Shown: positions 39,186 to 48,258 of the stretch, in pieces | Numbering within the stretch: position 1 is the stretch's first letter | Layout of the letters: each line of letters starts with the position of its first letter | Assembly (NCBI GenBank): GCA_038065095.1 | Contig: JBBTRR010000004.1 | Span: 15,998-79,997, forward strand | From: Patescibacteria group bacterium | GTDB taxonomy: Bacteria; Patescibacteriota; Minisyncoccia; JACQLN01 | Direction: 5' to 3' | DNA length: 64,000 bases | Notes under the pieces: model-generated | The model's database searches: none | What the model was told of the DNA's origin: nothing | The model's input: only the letters and a program-made list of their open reading frames with translations | Position numbers and translations under genes: made by a program

Positions 39186-40120
39186 CTCCGGAAGAATTTA
39201 GCAATGGTTATTTCCTCAAGGAAAAACTTAAACGCTTTTCCTATGGAACTCATAACGCTGTGTTTACCTCCGCCTCCACTTGTTGGATTTGGACTCGCGC
39301 TGGAAGCAGTATGTCCTTTAAAAGCTTTACTGATAGCTGATCCAGCTTCTTCTTTAAACGAGATGATGGTATAGATTAAAAGGATTGGTATTGCCACTAT
39401 GGACAATAGCCACAACCACCAAGACAAAGTGCTTGCTGTTTTTTTAAACCAGCTAGATTTTGTTTTGGCGATTTCTTTTTTTCCTGCCAGCTCTTGATCT
39501 GTTTTGAACTGACCACGCTCGGCAAGGTTTTTTCTTTTCTCTGCCGTATCGGCTTTTCTTGTTTCTGCCGATGCAGAGATGCTGGTAGGAAATAGTGGTT
39601 TGTTTGGGCCGATACCGATCGCAAAAATGTTGAATATCATCCAAAAAATCCAGACCACCCAAAACGTTTTTGCGCGGAAATTATTTTGGTTATCGTTTTT
39701 TGTGGTGAATCTCACCCAAAACCAGTGAACTGGTTTGAGAAAGGGATTCATATCGCTCGGTGCCGCAGGATAACTTATTGGCGGTTTCTTGGGCGGAGGT
39801 AATGGCTCCAGATTAAATTCTTCTTGCTTTTCTGGAGTGTGAATCTCCAACTTTCCTGGCACAGCATTAAAGGTGCAAACACCTTTGGAATCAGTCTGCT
39901 CTGTTTTCTGGCTACCGTTCTGTATAAAGATGAAGGAGACTCCCGCTTCCGGCTTACCGGCTTTGTGAGCCGATGCCACAATCACCCAATTGCCATCTGT
40001 TTTTTGGGAACGAGATAGAAATATTTTTATGGGTGGTTGCGGTGGCGGTTGTGGTACAGGTCTTGGTCCTGTGGGTCTTGGGCTTCCAGATCCTCCGTGC
40101 GTTGGTCCTCTTTTAGCCAT
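39176..40120 (-). CDS. ORFan membrane protein with Pro-rich N-terminus and Ig-like segment
   Basis: 314 aa, AAGGAG RBS, ..P.AGVSF.F...TDSKG.. beta-sandwich-like stretch, 2 TMs. Confidence 0.75.
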   Translation of the reverse strand: MAKRGPTHGGSGSPRPTGPRPVPQPPPQPPIKIFLSRSQKTDGNWVIVASAHKAGKPEAGVSFIFIQNGSQKTEQTDSKGVCTFNAVPGKLEIHTPEKQEEFNLEPLPPPKKPPISYPAAPSDMNPFLKPVHWFWVRFTTKNDNQNNFRAKTFWVVWIFWMIFNIFAIGIGPNKPLFPTSISASAETRKADTAEKRKNLAERGQFKTDQELAGKKEIAKTKSSWFKKTASTLSWWLWLLSIVAIPILLIYTIISFKEEAGSAISKAFKGHTASSASPNPTSGGGGKHSVMSSIGKAFKFFLEEITIAKFFRRWL

Positions 40121-40493
40121 TAAGGTGTCTCCTTTTAGTGTTTTTACTGCGTAAGTTTTTAAGTTACTAACCGTTTTCTGTGTGTTTATATACTATACTA
40201 AAGTAACTCAAAAGTCAAGTTTAAAACTAGGCTCATAAGATGCTTAAGATAAGAGGTGATTTTTTACTGTTTTTACTGTAATATTTCTTTTATGCCCTAG
40301 TGGTGAAATTGTCCCGAAAAATACAGGGTGCAGCGTGACAATATTTTTCGAGGATCCCGTTTTCCTGCGAGTGGTGTGTTTAAGGGCGAGTGGATTAAAA
40401 GCAAATGTTTTTGCTTTTAATGGCCAACTACATTAATTAATATGATTTATAGGTTGGCCTTGGAGAAATTGGCAGAATTATTCTACACAAAGT

Positions 40494-40575
40494 GCTGGGG
40501 TGGCGAAATTGGTAGACGCACTAGCCTTAGGAGTTAGCGGGGCAACCCATGGGAGTTCGAGTCTCCCCCCCAGCA
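40494..40575 (+). tRNA. tRNA-Leu (UAG)
   Basis: GCTGGGG..AAATTGGTAGACG, CTAGC CT TAG GA GTTAG, long variable arm, GTTCGAGTC..CCCCAGCA. Confidence 0.95.
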
Positions 40576-40731
40576 CTTTGTGTAGAATACCGCAAGGATT
40601 AATCGTGACAACGTCACGATTAATGGTTCAAATCCCACCTCGCCCACATTCAGCTTGTGTTATTTGGAAATAGTGTTAATATGTTTAAGCAACGTCGAAT
40701 GTTACAAGTAAAAATAGTTTAAAATAGTCAT

Positions 40732-40938
40732 ATGACAGGACCAAAAACAGGAACAATCAAAACCCTTAGAGAAGGATTTGGATTCATATCTCGCGAAGGC
40801 GTAGATAAGGATCTTTTCTTTCATGCTAAAGATCTTGATGGACTTACGTTTGATGAACTTAAAGTTGGAGACAATCTTTCTTTTGATGTTGAAGAAACTG
40901 AAAAAGGAACAGCCGCCAAAAAAGTATCTCGTTCGTAA
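40732..40938 (+). CDS. cspA: Cold-shock domain protein
   Basis: GFGFI, DLFFH, KG.AA..V. Confidence 0.92.
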   Translation: MTGPKTGTIKTLREGFGFISREGVDKDLFFHAKDLDGLTFDELKVGDNLSFDVEETEKGTAAKKVSRS

Positions 40939-41016
40939 TCTTTTAAGAAATACTTTTAAAAAGTATTTCTATATAGATAATAAAATTCCCCCGACACTAG
41001 GTCGGGGGAATTTTAT

Positions 41017-41559
41017 TCAGAGTGAATAGTCTTCTATAACTTCAATTTGCAGTTTTTTTCGGCCGAAAGTTTTGGCTTCTTGTTTGGTAGGAAACCAAAT
41101 GTCTACTTTCTCGGTGTGGCGTCTGGCCATACGGTCTTCTACTACGAATATTTTATTTCCAAACATTTCTGGTATTCTAATTTTGGTGCCCATCGGCAAA
41201 AAGTTAGCAGCAACTATACCGTCGCGTACTTTTTTACCAGAAGCAGTTATAAAAGGAGTGCTGTCTGTTTCATCTATACTAGACGAGTAAGCGGTTACAA
41301 AAGTTTCGTATACCTTAATCACACCTATTAAAGGTTGGCCAGAAGTTATTAGAGCTATACCGTTTATAGTAGCAAGGTCGTTATTTTCTTTTTCGTAGTC
41401 GGCTAAGACTATGGGAGAAATTTTATTCTTAAGCCAAGAACTTATACTGTCTGTGTTTATATCAATTAAGCCTGCGTGTGCATAAGCAGGCACAGAAGAC
41501 ATTAAGATTATGGCTATAATTAGCCTTAAAATAAACGCTTTTTTTATAATGTTTTTCAT
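41017..41559 (-). CDS. Secreted 3D-domain (MltA-like) protein
   Basis: VTAYSS..DETD.TPFITASG, VAANFLP.GT, VEDRM, VDIW. Confidence 0.9.
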   Translation of the reverse strand: MKNIIKKAFILRLIIAIILMSSVPAYAHAGLIDINTDSISSWLKNKISPIVLADYEKENNDLATINGIALITSGQPLIGVIKVYETFVTAYSSSIDETDSTPFITASGKKVRDGIVAANFLPMGTKIRIPEMFGNKIFVVEDRMARRHTEKVDIWFPTKQEAKTFGRKKLQIEVIEDYSL

Positions 41560-41809
41560 AGTTTGGGGATTAACCCTGCGCTGTGTTTAGTGTAATCCCT
41601 CGCTTAAAAGCTCGGGATTATTGCTTATAGCTACTCGCCAAAGGCTCGCAGATAAGCAATAAAAAACCGCGTCGAGACGCGATATGTTGCAATATTAGCA
41701 TATTATTATTAACTTGTCAATAGCTACTATAATATGCTATATTTACGCTAGGAAGGTAGCAGTAAATAGATAGTTAGTAAATAGCCACTAGAAGTTAGGG
41801 TAAAAGAAT

Positions 41810-41881
41810 GCCTCTGTAGTGAAATGGATATCACGCGACGCTTCGGACGTCGTATTCCGGGTTCAAGTCCTGGCGGAGGCA
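41810..41881 (+). tRNA. tRNA-Arg (UCG)
   Basis: GCCTCTGTAGTGAAATGGATATCACG, CGACG CT TCG GA CGTCG, GGTTCAAGTCC..GGAGGCA. Confidence 0.95.
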
Positions 41882-41922
41882 CATATGAGATAAAAATTTA
41901 AATATCAAATATCAAAAATATT

Positions 41923-42936
41923 ATGAAACGTATACTTACAGGCGATCGGCCTACAGGCAAGCTCCATTTGGGGCATTATGTAGGCACACTAAAAAATCGT
42001 ATAGCGTTACAAAACGAATACGAGACTTTTATTATTCTTGCCGATTTACATACGCTTACTACAAAACCGGAAAAAGAAAATATCCAAAAATTAAACGAAA
42101 ACATTCGCCAGTTGATGTTAGATTACTTAGCTTGCGGATTAGATCCCAAAAAAGTTATTTTTTATAGGCAATCGCAAGTTCCAGAAGTCGCCTATCTTTC
42201 TTTGCTATTTTCAATGCTAGTTACAACTTCTCGCTTAGAAAGATTACCAACCTTAAAAGACGTAATGCGAGATTTAAAAATAGATAATGCTTCTTTGGGT
42301 TTATTATCTTACCCTGTTTTACAATCAGCCGATATTTTAATGGTGCGTGCAAATCTTGTACCTGTTGGAAAGGATCAAGAATCGCATATAGAACTTACGC
42401 GCGAAATTGCAAATAAATTTAATAAAATGTATCCCTCGACTGCACTCGGGACAGGCGGGGAAGTTTTTCCAGAGCCCGAAGCTTTAATTGGCAATGAAGC
42501 TATAACTTTAATTGGAACAGATGGCAAAGCCAAAATGTCTAAGTCGCTTGGCAATTGCATTTATCTTTCCGATAGCGCCGAAGAAGTTAAAAAGAAAGTT
42601 ATGGGTATGTATACCGACCCTAATCGCGTACATGGTAATGAACCCGGCCAAGTGGAAGGTAATCCAGTTTTTATTTACCACGATCTTTTTAATACCAATA
42701 AAGATGAAGTTGCCGATCTTAAAGAACGCTATCAAAAAGGCACGGTTAAAGATGTAGAAGTTAAAGAAAAATTAGCTATAGCGATAAACAACTTTTTAGA
42801 ACCTATTAGAACCAAGCGAACCGAGTTTGAAAATAAGCCAGAACTTATAGATCAAATACTTTTAGATGGCACCGCTCGCGCCCGTGCCGAAGCCCAAGAA
42901 ACTTTGAAGTTGGTTAAAGAGGCCATGGGGTTTTAA
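41923..42936 (+). CDS. trpS: Tryptophanyl-tRNA synthetase
   Basis: TGDRPTGKLHLGHY, YPVLQSADIL, VPVGKDQ..H.E.TR, KMSKS. Confidence 0.98.
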   Translation: MKRILTGDRPTGKLHLGHYVGTLKNRIALQNEYETFIILADLHTLTTKPEKENIQKLNENIRQLMLDYLACGLDPKKVIFYRQSQVPEVAYLSLLFSMLVTTSRLERLPTLKDVMRDLKIDNASLGLLSYPVLQSADILMVRANLVPVGKDQESHIELTREIANKFNKMYPSTALGTGGEVFPEPEALIGNEAITLIGTDGKAKMSKSLGNCIYLSDSAEEVKKKVMGMYTDPNRVHGNEPGQVEGNPVFIYHDLFNTNKDEVADLKERYQKGTVKDVEVKEKLAIAINNFLEPIRTKRTEFENKPELIDQILLDGTARARAEAQETLKLVKEAMGF

Positions 42937-42970
42937 TAAACAAAAATTTAAAAATAAAATATCAAAAATA

Positions 42971-43016
42971 TAAAACGTGTCCCGAGCTTACGATCGTAGA
43001 TTCGGGACACGTTTTA
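42971..43016. repeat. Palindromic element, intergenic twin of the rsmA insert
   Basis: TAAAACGTGTCCCGA-GCTTACGATCGTAGAT-TCGGGACACGTTTTA. Confidence 0.85.
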
Positions 43017-43072
43017 ATTAGATAAACATTTAATCTCGATAATAATAGAATAACAGAGTTTTAGACATTTTT

Positions 43073-43318
43073 TTAATTTAAATGTTTTTTGATGTGGATT
43101 AAAATATAAGTATCTTTTTGGATAATAAAGTAAAAGCATATATGCCTATCCATGCGAGCTTGCCAGATGCCTGTAGTCTTGCTGTATTTTTTAGCGCGCA
43201 AAGATGGTTAATTTATATTTCTTAACAAAAAACAGGCTTGTTTATAAAACTTTCGCCGGATTTATTTTGGGAAATTTCTAAGTTCCTTTTTAAACTTGGG
43301 CGGATAAAACAGTTTCAT
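43073..43318 (-). pseudogene. RelE-family toxin pseudogene (two in-frame TAA stops)
   Basis: MKLFYPPKFKKELRNFPK*IRRKFYKQACFLLRNIN*PSLRAKKY...GIWQARMD...FYF...YILIHIKKH; ATGA-coupled to the antitoxin. Confidence 0.8.
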
Positions 43319-43524
43319 TTTTCCAAAGATTTTTTTAATTCTTTGATTGAACTAAACGGTCCAATTATTTTTCCTTGTTTTATTTCTTTGAGCGCCACCA
43401 GTAGTTTTTTGTCTAAATCATTTTTTTTATTTTTAGCAAACACAAACTCCTCGTATTCTTTACGAGGTATTATCACTAATTCTTCTCCCTTAGTTACCGA
43501 TTTATTAATAATTACTACTGTCAT
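43315..43524 (-). CDS. Putative antitoxin
   Basis: ELVIIPRKEYE...ALKEIKQGKIIGPFSS..EL. Confidence 0.8.
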   Translation of the reverse strand: MTVVIINKSVTKGEELVIIPRKEYEEFVFAKNKKNDLDKKLLVALKEIKQGKIIGPFSSIKELKKSLEK

Positions 43525-43560
43525 GGTATTAAATTATCATCATTGTAGTCAAAGTTTGGA

Positions 43561-44466
43561 TTATTCTTTTCTTCTGCGTGCGTGGAAGGCTTTGTGAATT
43601 TCTTTTAAGCCTGTGTCTGTAACGTGGGTGTATATTTGAGTTGTGGTTATATTGGCATGTCCCAGCATGGCTTGAACCGAACGTATATCGGCACCATTGC
43701 GTAATAAATCAGTTGCGAAAGAATGGCGCAATGTATGCGGGTGAATATCTTTTACAATTCCGGCTTTGGTTGCATAGTGTTTAACAATTCTTTGAACGGT
43801 TCTAGGTGTAATTCTTAAATCTTTATTCGCTTTTTGTTTTTTATCACTTATTCTTCTAGCGAATAGTGCTTCACTCATATCTTCTCTTTTAGCAATATAG
43901 TTTTCTAAAGAACGCCTGGCGGGTTCAGAAAGAAAAACCACGCGAATTTTATCGCCTTTACCGCGTACTGCAAACTCGCCACGTTTTAAATTAACTGATT
44001 CTTTATTTAACGAACAAAGTTCGGAAACACGTAATCCCGTAGAAAACAAAAGTTCTAATAAGGCTTTGTCGCGTAAGTTTTTAACAGAATTACCATTAGC
44101 AGAATCCAACAAGCGCTCTATTTCTTCGTTTTCTAAAAAGTCTATGTGCCTATCGCCAATTTTTCCCAATTCTATTTTGTCGGCGGTTAAAGTTTTTACA
44201 TCGCGTTTGGCTAAGTATTTTAAAAAATTACGTAAAGCAATTAAATGGTAGGCTTGTGTAATTTTTTTTAATGGGGGAGTTATTCGGTTTAGATGTAATC
44301 TATAGTTTCTAACTACATCGTTGGAAATACTAGAAGGTGAATTAATTTTGGCGTAATCAAAAAAGCGTCTTAGATAACGATCGTAATTTTCTATCGTTTT
44401 TATTGAACGGTTTTTTTCTATTTCTAAATAATTTAAATAATCGGTGAATAAAGATTTTATAGTCAT
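43561..44466 (-). CDS. Tyrosine recombinase XerC/XerD family
   Basis: RDKALLELLFSTGLRVSEL, GKG.K.R, HPHTLRHSFAT.LL.NGAD.R.VQ..LGH..I.TTQIYTH. Confidence 0.95.
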   Translation of the reverse strand: MTIKSLFTDYLNYLEIEKNRSIKTIENYDRYLRRFFDYAKINSPSSISNDVVRNYRLHLNRITPPLKKITQAYHLIALRNFLKYLAKRDVKTLTADKIELGKIGDRHIDFLENEEIERLLDSANGNSVKNLRDKALLELLFSTGLRVSELCSLNKESVNLKRGEFAVRGKGDKIRVVFLSEPARRSLENYIAKREDMSEALFARRISDKKQKANKDLRITPRTVQRIVKHYATKAGIVKDIHPHTLRHSFATDLLRNGADIRSVQAMLGHANITTTQIYTHVTDTGLKEIHKAFHARRRKE

Positions 44467-44734
44467 GTTTAATTTATTATATCAGATATTATGCGACCCT
44501 CGGCTGTGTTTGACACGACCTTTTACCCGTGTATAATATAGGTATTACTGTGAAGTTTGATTAAGGACCGTTACGAAGCGGGCCTTATTTTTTTAAGGGC
44601 TTTACCCAATAAACAGAGCGAAGTGAATGTTTATTGGCTGTAAAACCTTACCCCGCCATGGCGGGGTGCTCAATTTAATAGCTATTCGCTTCACTCATAG
44701 TTCGATTAACTCACTATAAATAAATAAAACTTGC

Positions 44735-46060
44735 ATGATTGATTTAAAACAATTTATTTCGGCTATAGACCAAATTGCCGAGGAAAAGGGTATTCCTAGG
44801 GAAAAAGTCATGGAAACCATAGAAATGGCCATGGCTGCCGCCTATAAAAAGGATTATGGCGAAAAAGGTCAAAATATAAGGGTAGTGTTAGATCCTAAAA
44901 CTGGAACTGCTAAGTTTTTTCAGGTTCTTTTGGCTGTGGATGAAAGTATGATTTTTTCGGAAGAAGAAATTGCTAAAATGGAAGCTGATCGAGCCGAAAG
45001 GGAGGCTAAATTGAAAGGAGAAACAGTTGAAAAATCAGAACAAACTTCAACGGGTGAATCCTCCTTCGCTAAAGCTATGGAGGACGAGGATGATGAGATA
45101 GTATCAGGCGTGACGCAGGATAAAAAATTCCGTTTTAATCCAAAACGCCATGTTTTAATTGATGAAGCTAAAAAAACCAAGTCTGACATTGAACTTGGTG
45201 GAGAGCTTCTGATTCCATTAGATACTAAAGAAGACTACGGTCGTATTGCTGCTCAAACAGCTAAGCAGGTTATTATTCAGCGTATTCGTGAAGCCGAAAG
45301 GGAGGTCGTTTACGCAACCTTTAAAGAAAAAGAAGGCGATATTCTTTCGGCTACTGTTCAAAGGGTTGAACGTGGCACGGTTTACTTAGATATTGGAAAA
45401 ACAACAGGGTCTTTGTTTCCAGAAGAACAAATTCCACAAGAAAGGTATCGTATTGGCCAGCGTTTAAGAGTTTATGTGGTTAGAGTAGAAAAGGATCATC
45501 GTGGTCCGGCTATTATACTTTCACGTAAGCATCCTAAGATTATTGCCAAACTTTTCGAACTAGAAGTTCCAGAAATCGCCACAGGTGTAGTAGAAATTAA
45601 AGCTATTGCTCGTGAAGCTGGTTCTAGAAGCAAAGTCGCGGTTTATTCTAGTGATCCCGGAATTGATCCGGTAGGATCTTGTGTTGGACAAAGAGGTATT
45701 AGGGTCAGCGCTGTTATTAGTGAGCTTGGTGGAGAAAATATAGATATTGTAGCTTGGTCCAACGATGAATCTAAACTAATAGCGAGCGCACTTTCTCCTG
45801 CTAAAGTTTTAAATGTTGATTTAAATGAGGTTCATCATATAGCCACTGTAGATGTAAGCGAGGATCAACTTTCTTTGGCTATTGGTAAGAGGGGGCAAAA
45901 TGTTAGATTAGCTGCCGAACTTACGGGTTGGAAAATAGATGTTAAGGGAACTGCGCCTATTATTAAAGAGGAAGCAAAAACAGAATCGGAAAATGAAGAA
46001 ACGGTAGTAACTGAATTAAGTGAAGTGATTAGTGAAGAAAAATTAAAAGAAAATATCTAA
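44735..46060 (+). CDS. nusA: Transcription factor NusA
   Basis: GRIAAQTAKQVIIQRIREAER, AREAGSRSK, DPVGSCVG, SLAIGKRGQNVRLA. Confidence 0.98.
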   Translation: MIDLKQFISAIDQIAEEKGIPREKVMETIEMAMAAAYKKDYGEKGQNIRVVLDPKTGTAKFFQVLLAVDESMIFSEEEIAKMEADRAEREAKLKGETVEKSEQTSTGESSFAKAMEDEDDEIVSGVTQDKKFRFNPKRHVLIDEAKKTKSDIELGGELLIPLDTKEDYGRIAAQTAKQVIIQRIREAEREVVYATFKEKEGDILSATVQRVERGTVYLDIGKTTGSLFPEEQIPQERYRIGQRLRVYVVRVEKDHRGPAIILSRKHPKIIAKLFELEVPEIATGVVEIKAIAREAGSRSKVAVYSSDPGIDPVGSCVGQRGIRVSAVISELGGENIDIVAWSNDESKLIASALSPAKVLNVDLNEVHHIATVDVSEDQLSLAIGKRGQNVRLAAELTGWKIDVKGTAPIIKEEAKTESENEETVVTELSEVISEEKLKENI

Positions 46061-46180
46061 TACCCAATTACTAATATCTAATCAATTTCTAATGTTTAAA
46101 TGCCCAATTTTAGAACTTAGTCATTAGACATTTGCGTTTGATTAGAAATTAGATATTAGAAATTAAAATTTTTTAAAAAA

Positions 46181-48157
46181 ATGTCCATATCACAAATATT
46201 TATTGTAGTATCGGGTTTGGTAGGAATTATTTATGGAACGCTTCTTATTGTTTCGGTTTTAAAAAAACCAGAAGGTCCAGAGGAACAAAAAAGTATTTCT
46301 CAAGCTATACGCGAAGGTGCTAATGCTTACTTAAAACGTCAGTATAAAACAATATCTATAATCGCAATTTTGTTGGCAGTTGGAATTTATTTTGCTTTAG
46401 ATCTAACTACGGCAATTGGGTTTTTGATTGGCGGATTTTTTTCTGCCTTAGCAGGATACATTGGTATGAGCGTAGCTGTTAGATCAAATGTTCGTGTGGC
46501 TGAAGCTGCCAAAACCGGTTTAAGACAGGCTTTTTCTTTAGCTTTTAATGGCGGAGCTGTTACGGGATTTTTTGTTTGCGCTTTAGCTTTACTTTCGGTA
46601 TCGGGATTTTATTTTATTACAGGTAATTTAAACGCTCTTATCGGATTAGGTTTTGGTGGTAGTTTAATTTCTATTTTTGCTCGTTTGGGTGGAGGCATAT
46701 TTACCAAGGGCGCTGATGTTGGTGCAGATTTAGTTGGAAAAATTGAAGCTGGAATTCCGGAAGACGATCCTAGAAACCCAGCAGTTATTGCCGATAACGT
46801 TGGTGATAATGTGGGGGACTGTGCTGGTATGGCGGCTGATCTTTTCGAAACCTATGTAGTTACAATGGTAGGCACAATGTTGCTCGGTGCTTTCGTGGCT
46901 CCATCATTTATAATTTTACCTTTAGTAATTGGAGCTATGGCTATTTTGGGAAGCATTGTTGGTTCTTGGTTTGTGAGATTGTCTGGCGAAGCAATTATGG
47001 CTGCCCTTTATAAAGGCTTACTAGCTTCGGCTGTTATAACTTTGGCTGCACTTTGGTTTATTATTCCAAAAGTTATAAATACAGAAAACAATATTAATTT
47101 GTTTTGGTCGGCGCTTGTTGGTGTAGTTGTTACTTTCTTGATGGTTTTAGTTACCGATTATTATACTTCTAAAAATTATAGGCCGGTAAAATCTATTGCC
47201 CACTCTTCTCAGTCTGGACATGGTACAAATATAATTACAGGGCTTGCTGTTTCTTTGGAAAGCACGGCGTTGCCAGTTATTATTATTTCCGCTGGAGTTT
47301 TATTTTCTTTTCAACTTTTTGGAATTTATGGCGTAGCAATTGCGGCTTCAAGCATGCTTTCAATGGCCGCAATAATTGTAGCTATAGATTCTTTTGGACC
47401 TATTACAGATAATGCTGGTGGTATTGCTGAAATGGCGGGGTTAGATGAATCTGTGCGTAAACACACTGATGCTTTAGATGCTGTTGGTAATACTACAAAA
47501 GCCATAACCAAAGGCTATGCTATTGCTTCGGCCGGCCTCGCCGCCTTAACTTTATTTGTGGTTTATGTGGCTGAAATAGAAAAATTTGGTTTAAGATTTG
47601 GTTTTCAATTGGTAAATCCAATTGTTCTCATCGGTTTATTTTTGGGCGCAATGTTGCCTTACATATTTGCTTCTTTTTCTATTAGGGCTGTAGGTGAAGC
47701 TGCTTCCAAGGTTGTTATGGAGGTTCGCCGTCAGTTTAAGGAAATGCCAGGTATTATGGAACGAACTGTAAAACCAGATTATGCCAAAGCGGTAGATATT
47801 GTTACTATTGCGGCTCAAAAGGGAATGATAATTCCAGCTTTGATTCCAATATTTGTACCAATTTTGGTAGGTTGGTTTTTAGGTTTAGAAGCCTTAGGGG
47901 GTGTTATTGTTGGTTCGTTAATTTCTGGTTTATTTATGGCTATTTCTATGACCTCAGGCGGTGCCGCTTGGGATAATGCAAAAAAATATATTGAAGACGG
48001 GCATTATGGCGGTAAAAAATCGTTTGCGCATCAAGCTGCAGTTACAGGCGACACTGTAGGTGATCCTTACAAAGATACGGCTGGTCCTGCCATTAACCCA
48101 ATGATTAAAATTGTTAACATTGTGGCGTTGTTGATAGTGGGTTTGTTAGTGAAGTAG
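46181..48157 (+). CDS. hppA: Membrane-bound pyrophosphatase, K+-independent H+ type
   Basis: [27 protein letters not shown]; GNTTKA (Lys here marks the K+-independent type). Confidence 0.96.
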   Translation: MSISQIFIVVSGLVGIIYGTLLIVSVLKKPEGPEEQKSISQAIREGANAYLKRQYKTISIIAILLAVGIYFALDLTTAIGFLIGGFFSALAGYIGMSVAVRSNVRVAEAAKTGLRQAFSLAFNGGAVTGFFVCALALLSVSGFYFITGNLNALIGLGFGGSLISIFARLGGGIFTKGADVGADLVGKIEAGIPEDDPRNPAVIADNVGDNVGDCAGMAADLFETYVVTMVGTMLLGAFVAPSFIILPLVIGAMAILGSIVGSWFVRLSGEAIMAALYKGLLASAVITLAALWFIIPKVINTENNINLFWSALVGVVVTFLMVLVTDYYTSKNYRPVKSIAHSSQSGHGTNIITGLAVSLESTALPVIIISAGVLFSFQLFGIYGVAIAASSMLSMAAIIVAIDSFGPITDNAGGIAEMAGLDESVRKHTDALDAVGNTTKAITKGYAIASAGLAALTLFVVYVAEIEKFGLRFGFQLVNPIVLIGLFLGAMLPYIFASFSIRAVGEAASKVVMEVRRQFKEMPGIMERTVKPDYAKAVDIVTIAAQKGMIIPALIPIFVPILVGWFLGLEALGGVIVGSLISGLFMAISMTSGGAAWDNAKKYIEDGHYGGKKSFAHQAAVTGDTVGDPYKDTAGPAINPMIKIVNIVALLIVGLLVK

Positions 48158-48162
48158 TTTTT

Positions 48163-48246
48163 TACACATCACTCCTCACAGACGATATGGAGCCTCTTTA
48201 TTTATATAAATTGTCTTCTCCATAATGCTGTTCGGAGTGATGTGTA
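48163..48246. repeat. Structured intergenic motif copy 1 (also 49545-49635, 57059-57140)
   Basis: CTCRCAGACGATAT...TCTCCATAATGCT core inside variable paired outer stems. Confidence 0.85.
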
Positions 48247-48258
48247 TGTAAATAAATA

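Noticed and set aside
36448-40575. Prophage or ICE integrated at tRNA-Leu
   Set aside because: No integrase, phage or conjugation genes; the island lies 5' of the tRNA and no matching att repeat was found.
43073-43318. Stop-codon reassignment (TAA readthrough)
   Set aside because: TAA, TAG and TGA all terminate conserved genes in the window; simple decay explains it.
43561-44466. Integron integrase driving the TA arrays
   Set aside because: It looks like a housekeeping Xer; no IntI-specific insertion, attI/attC boxes or adjacent array was recognised.
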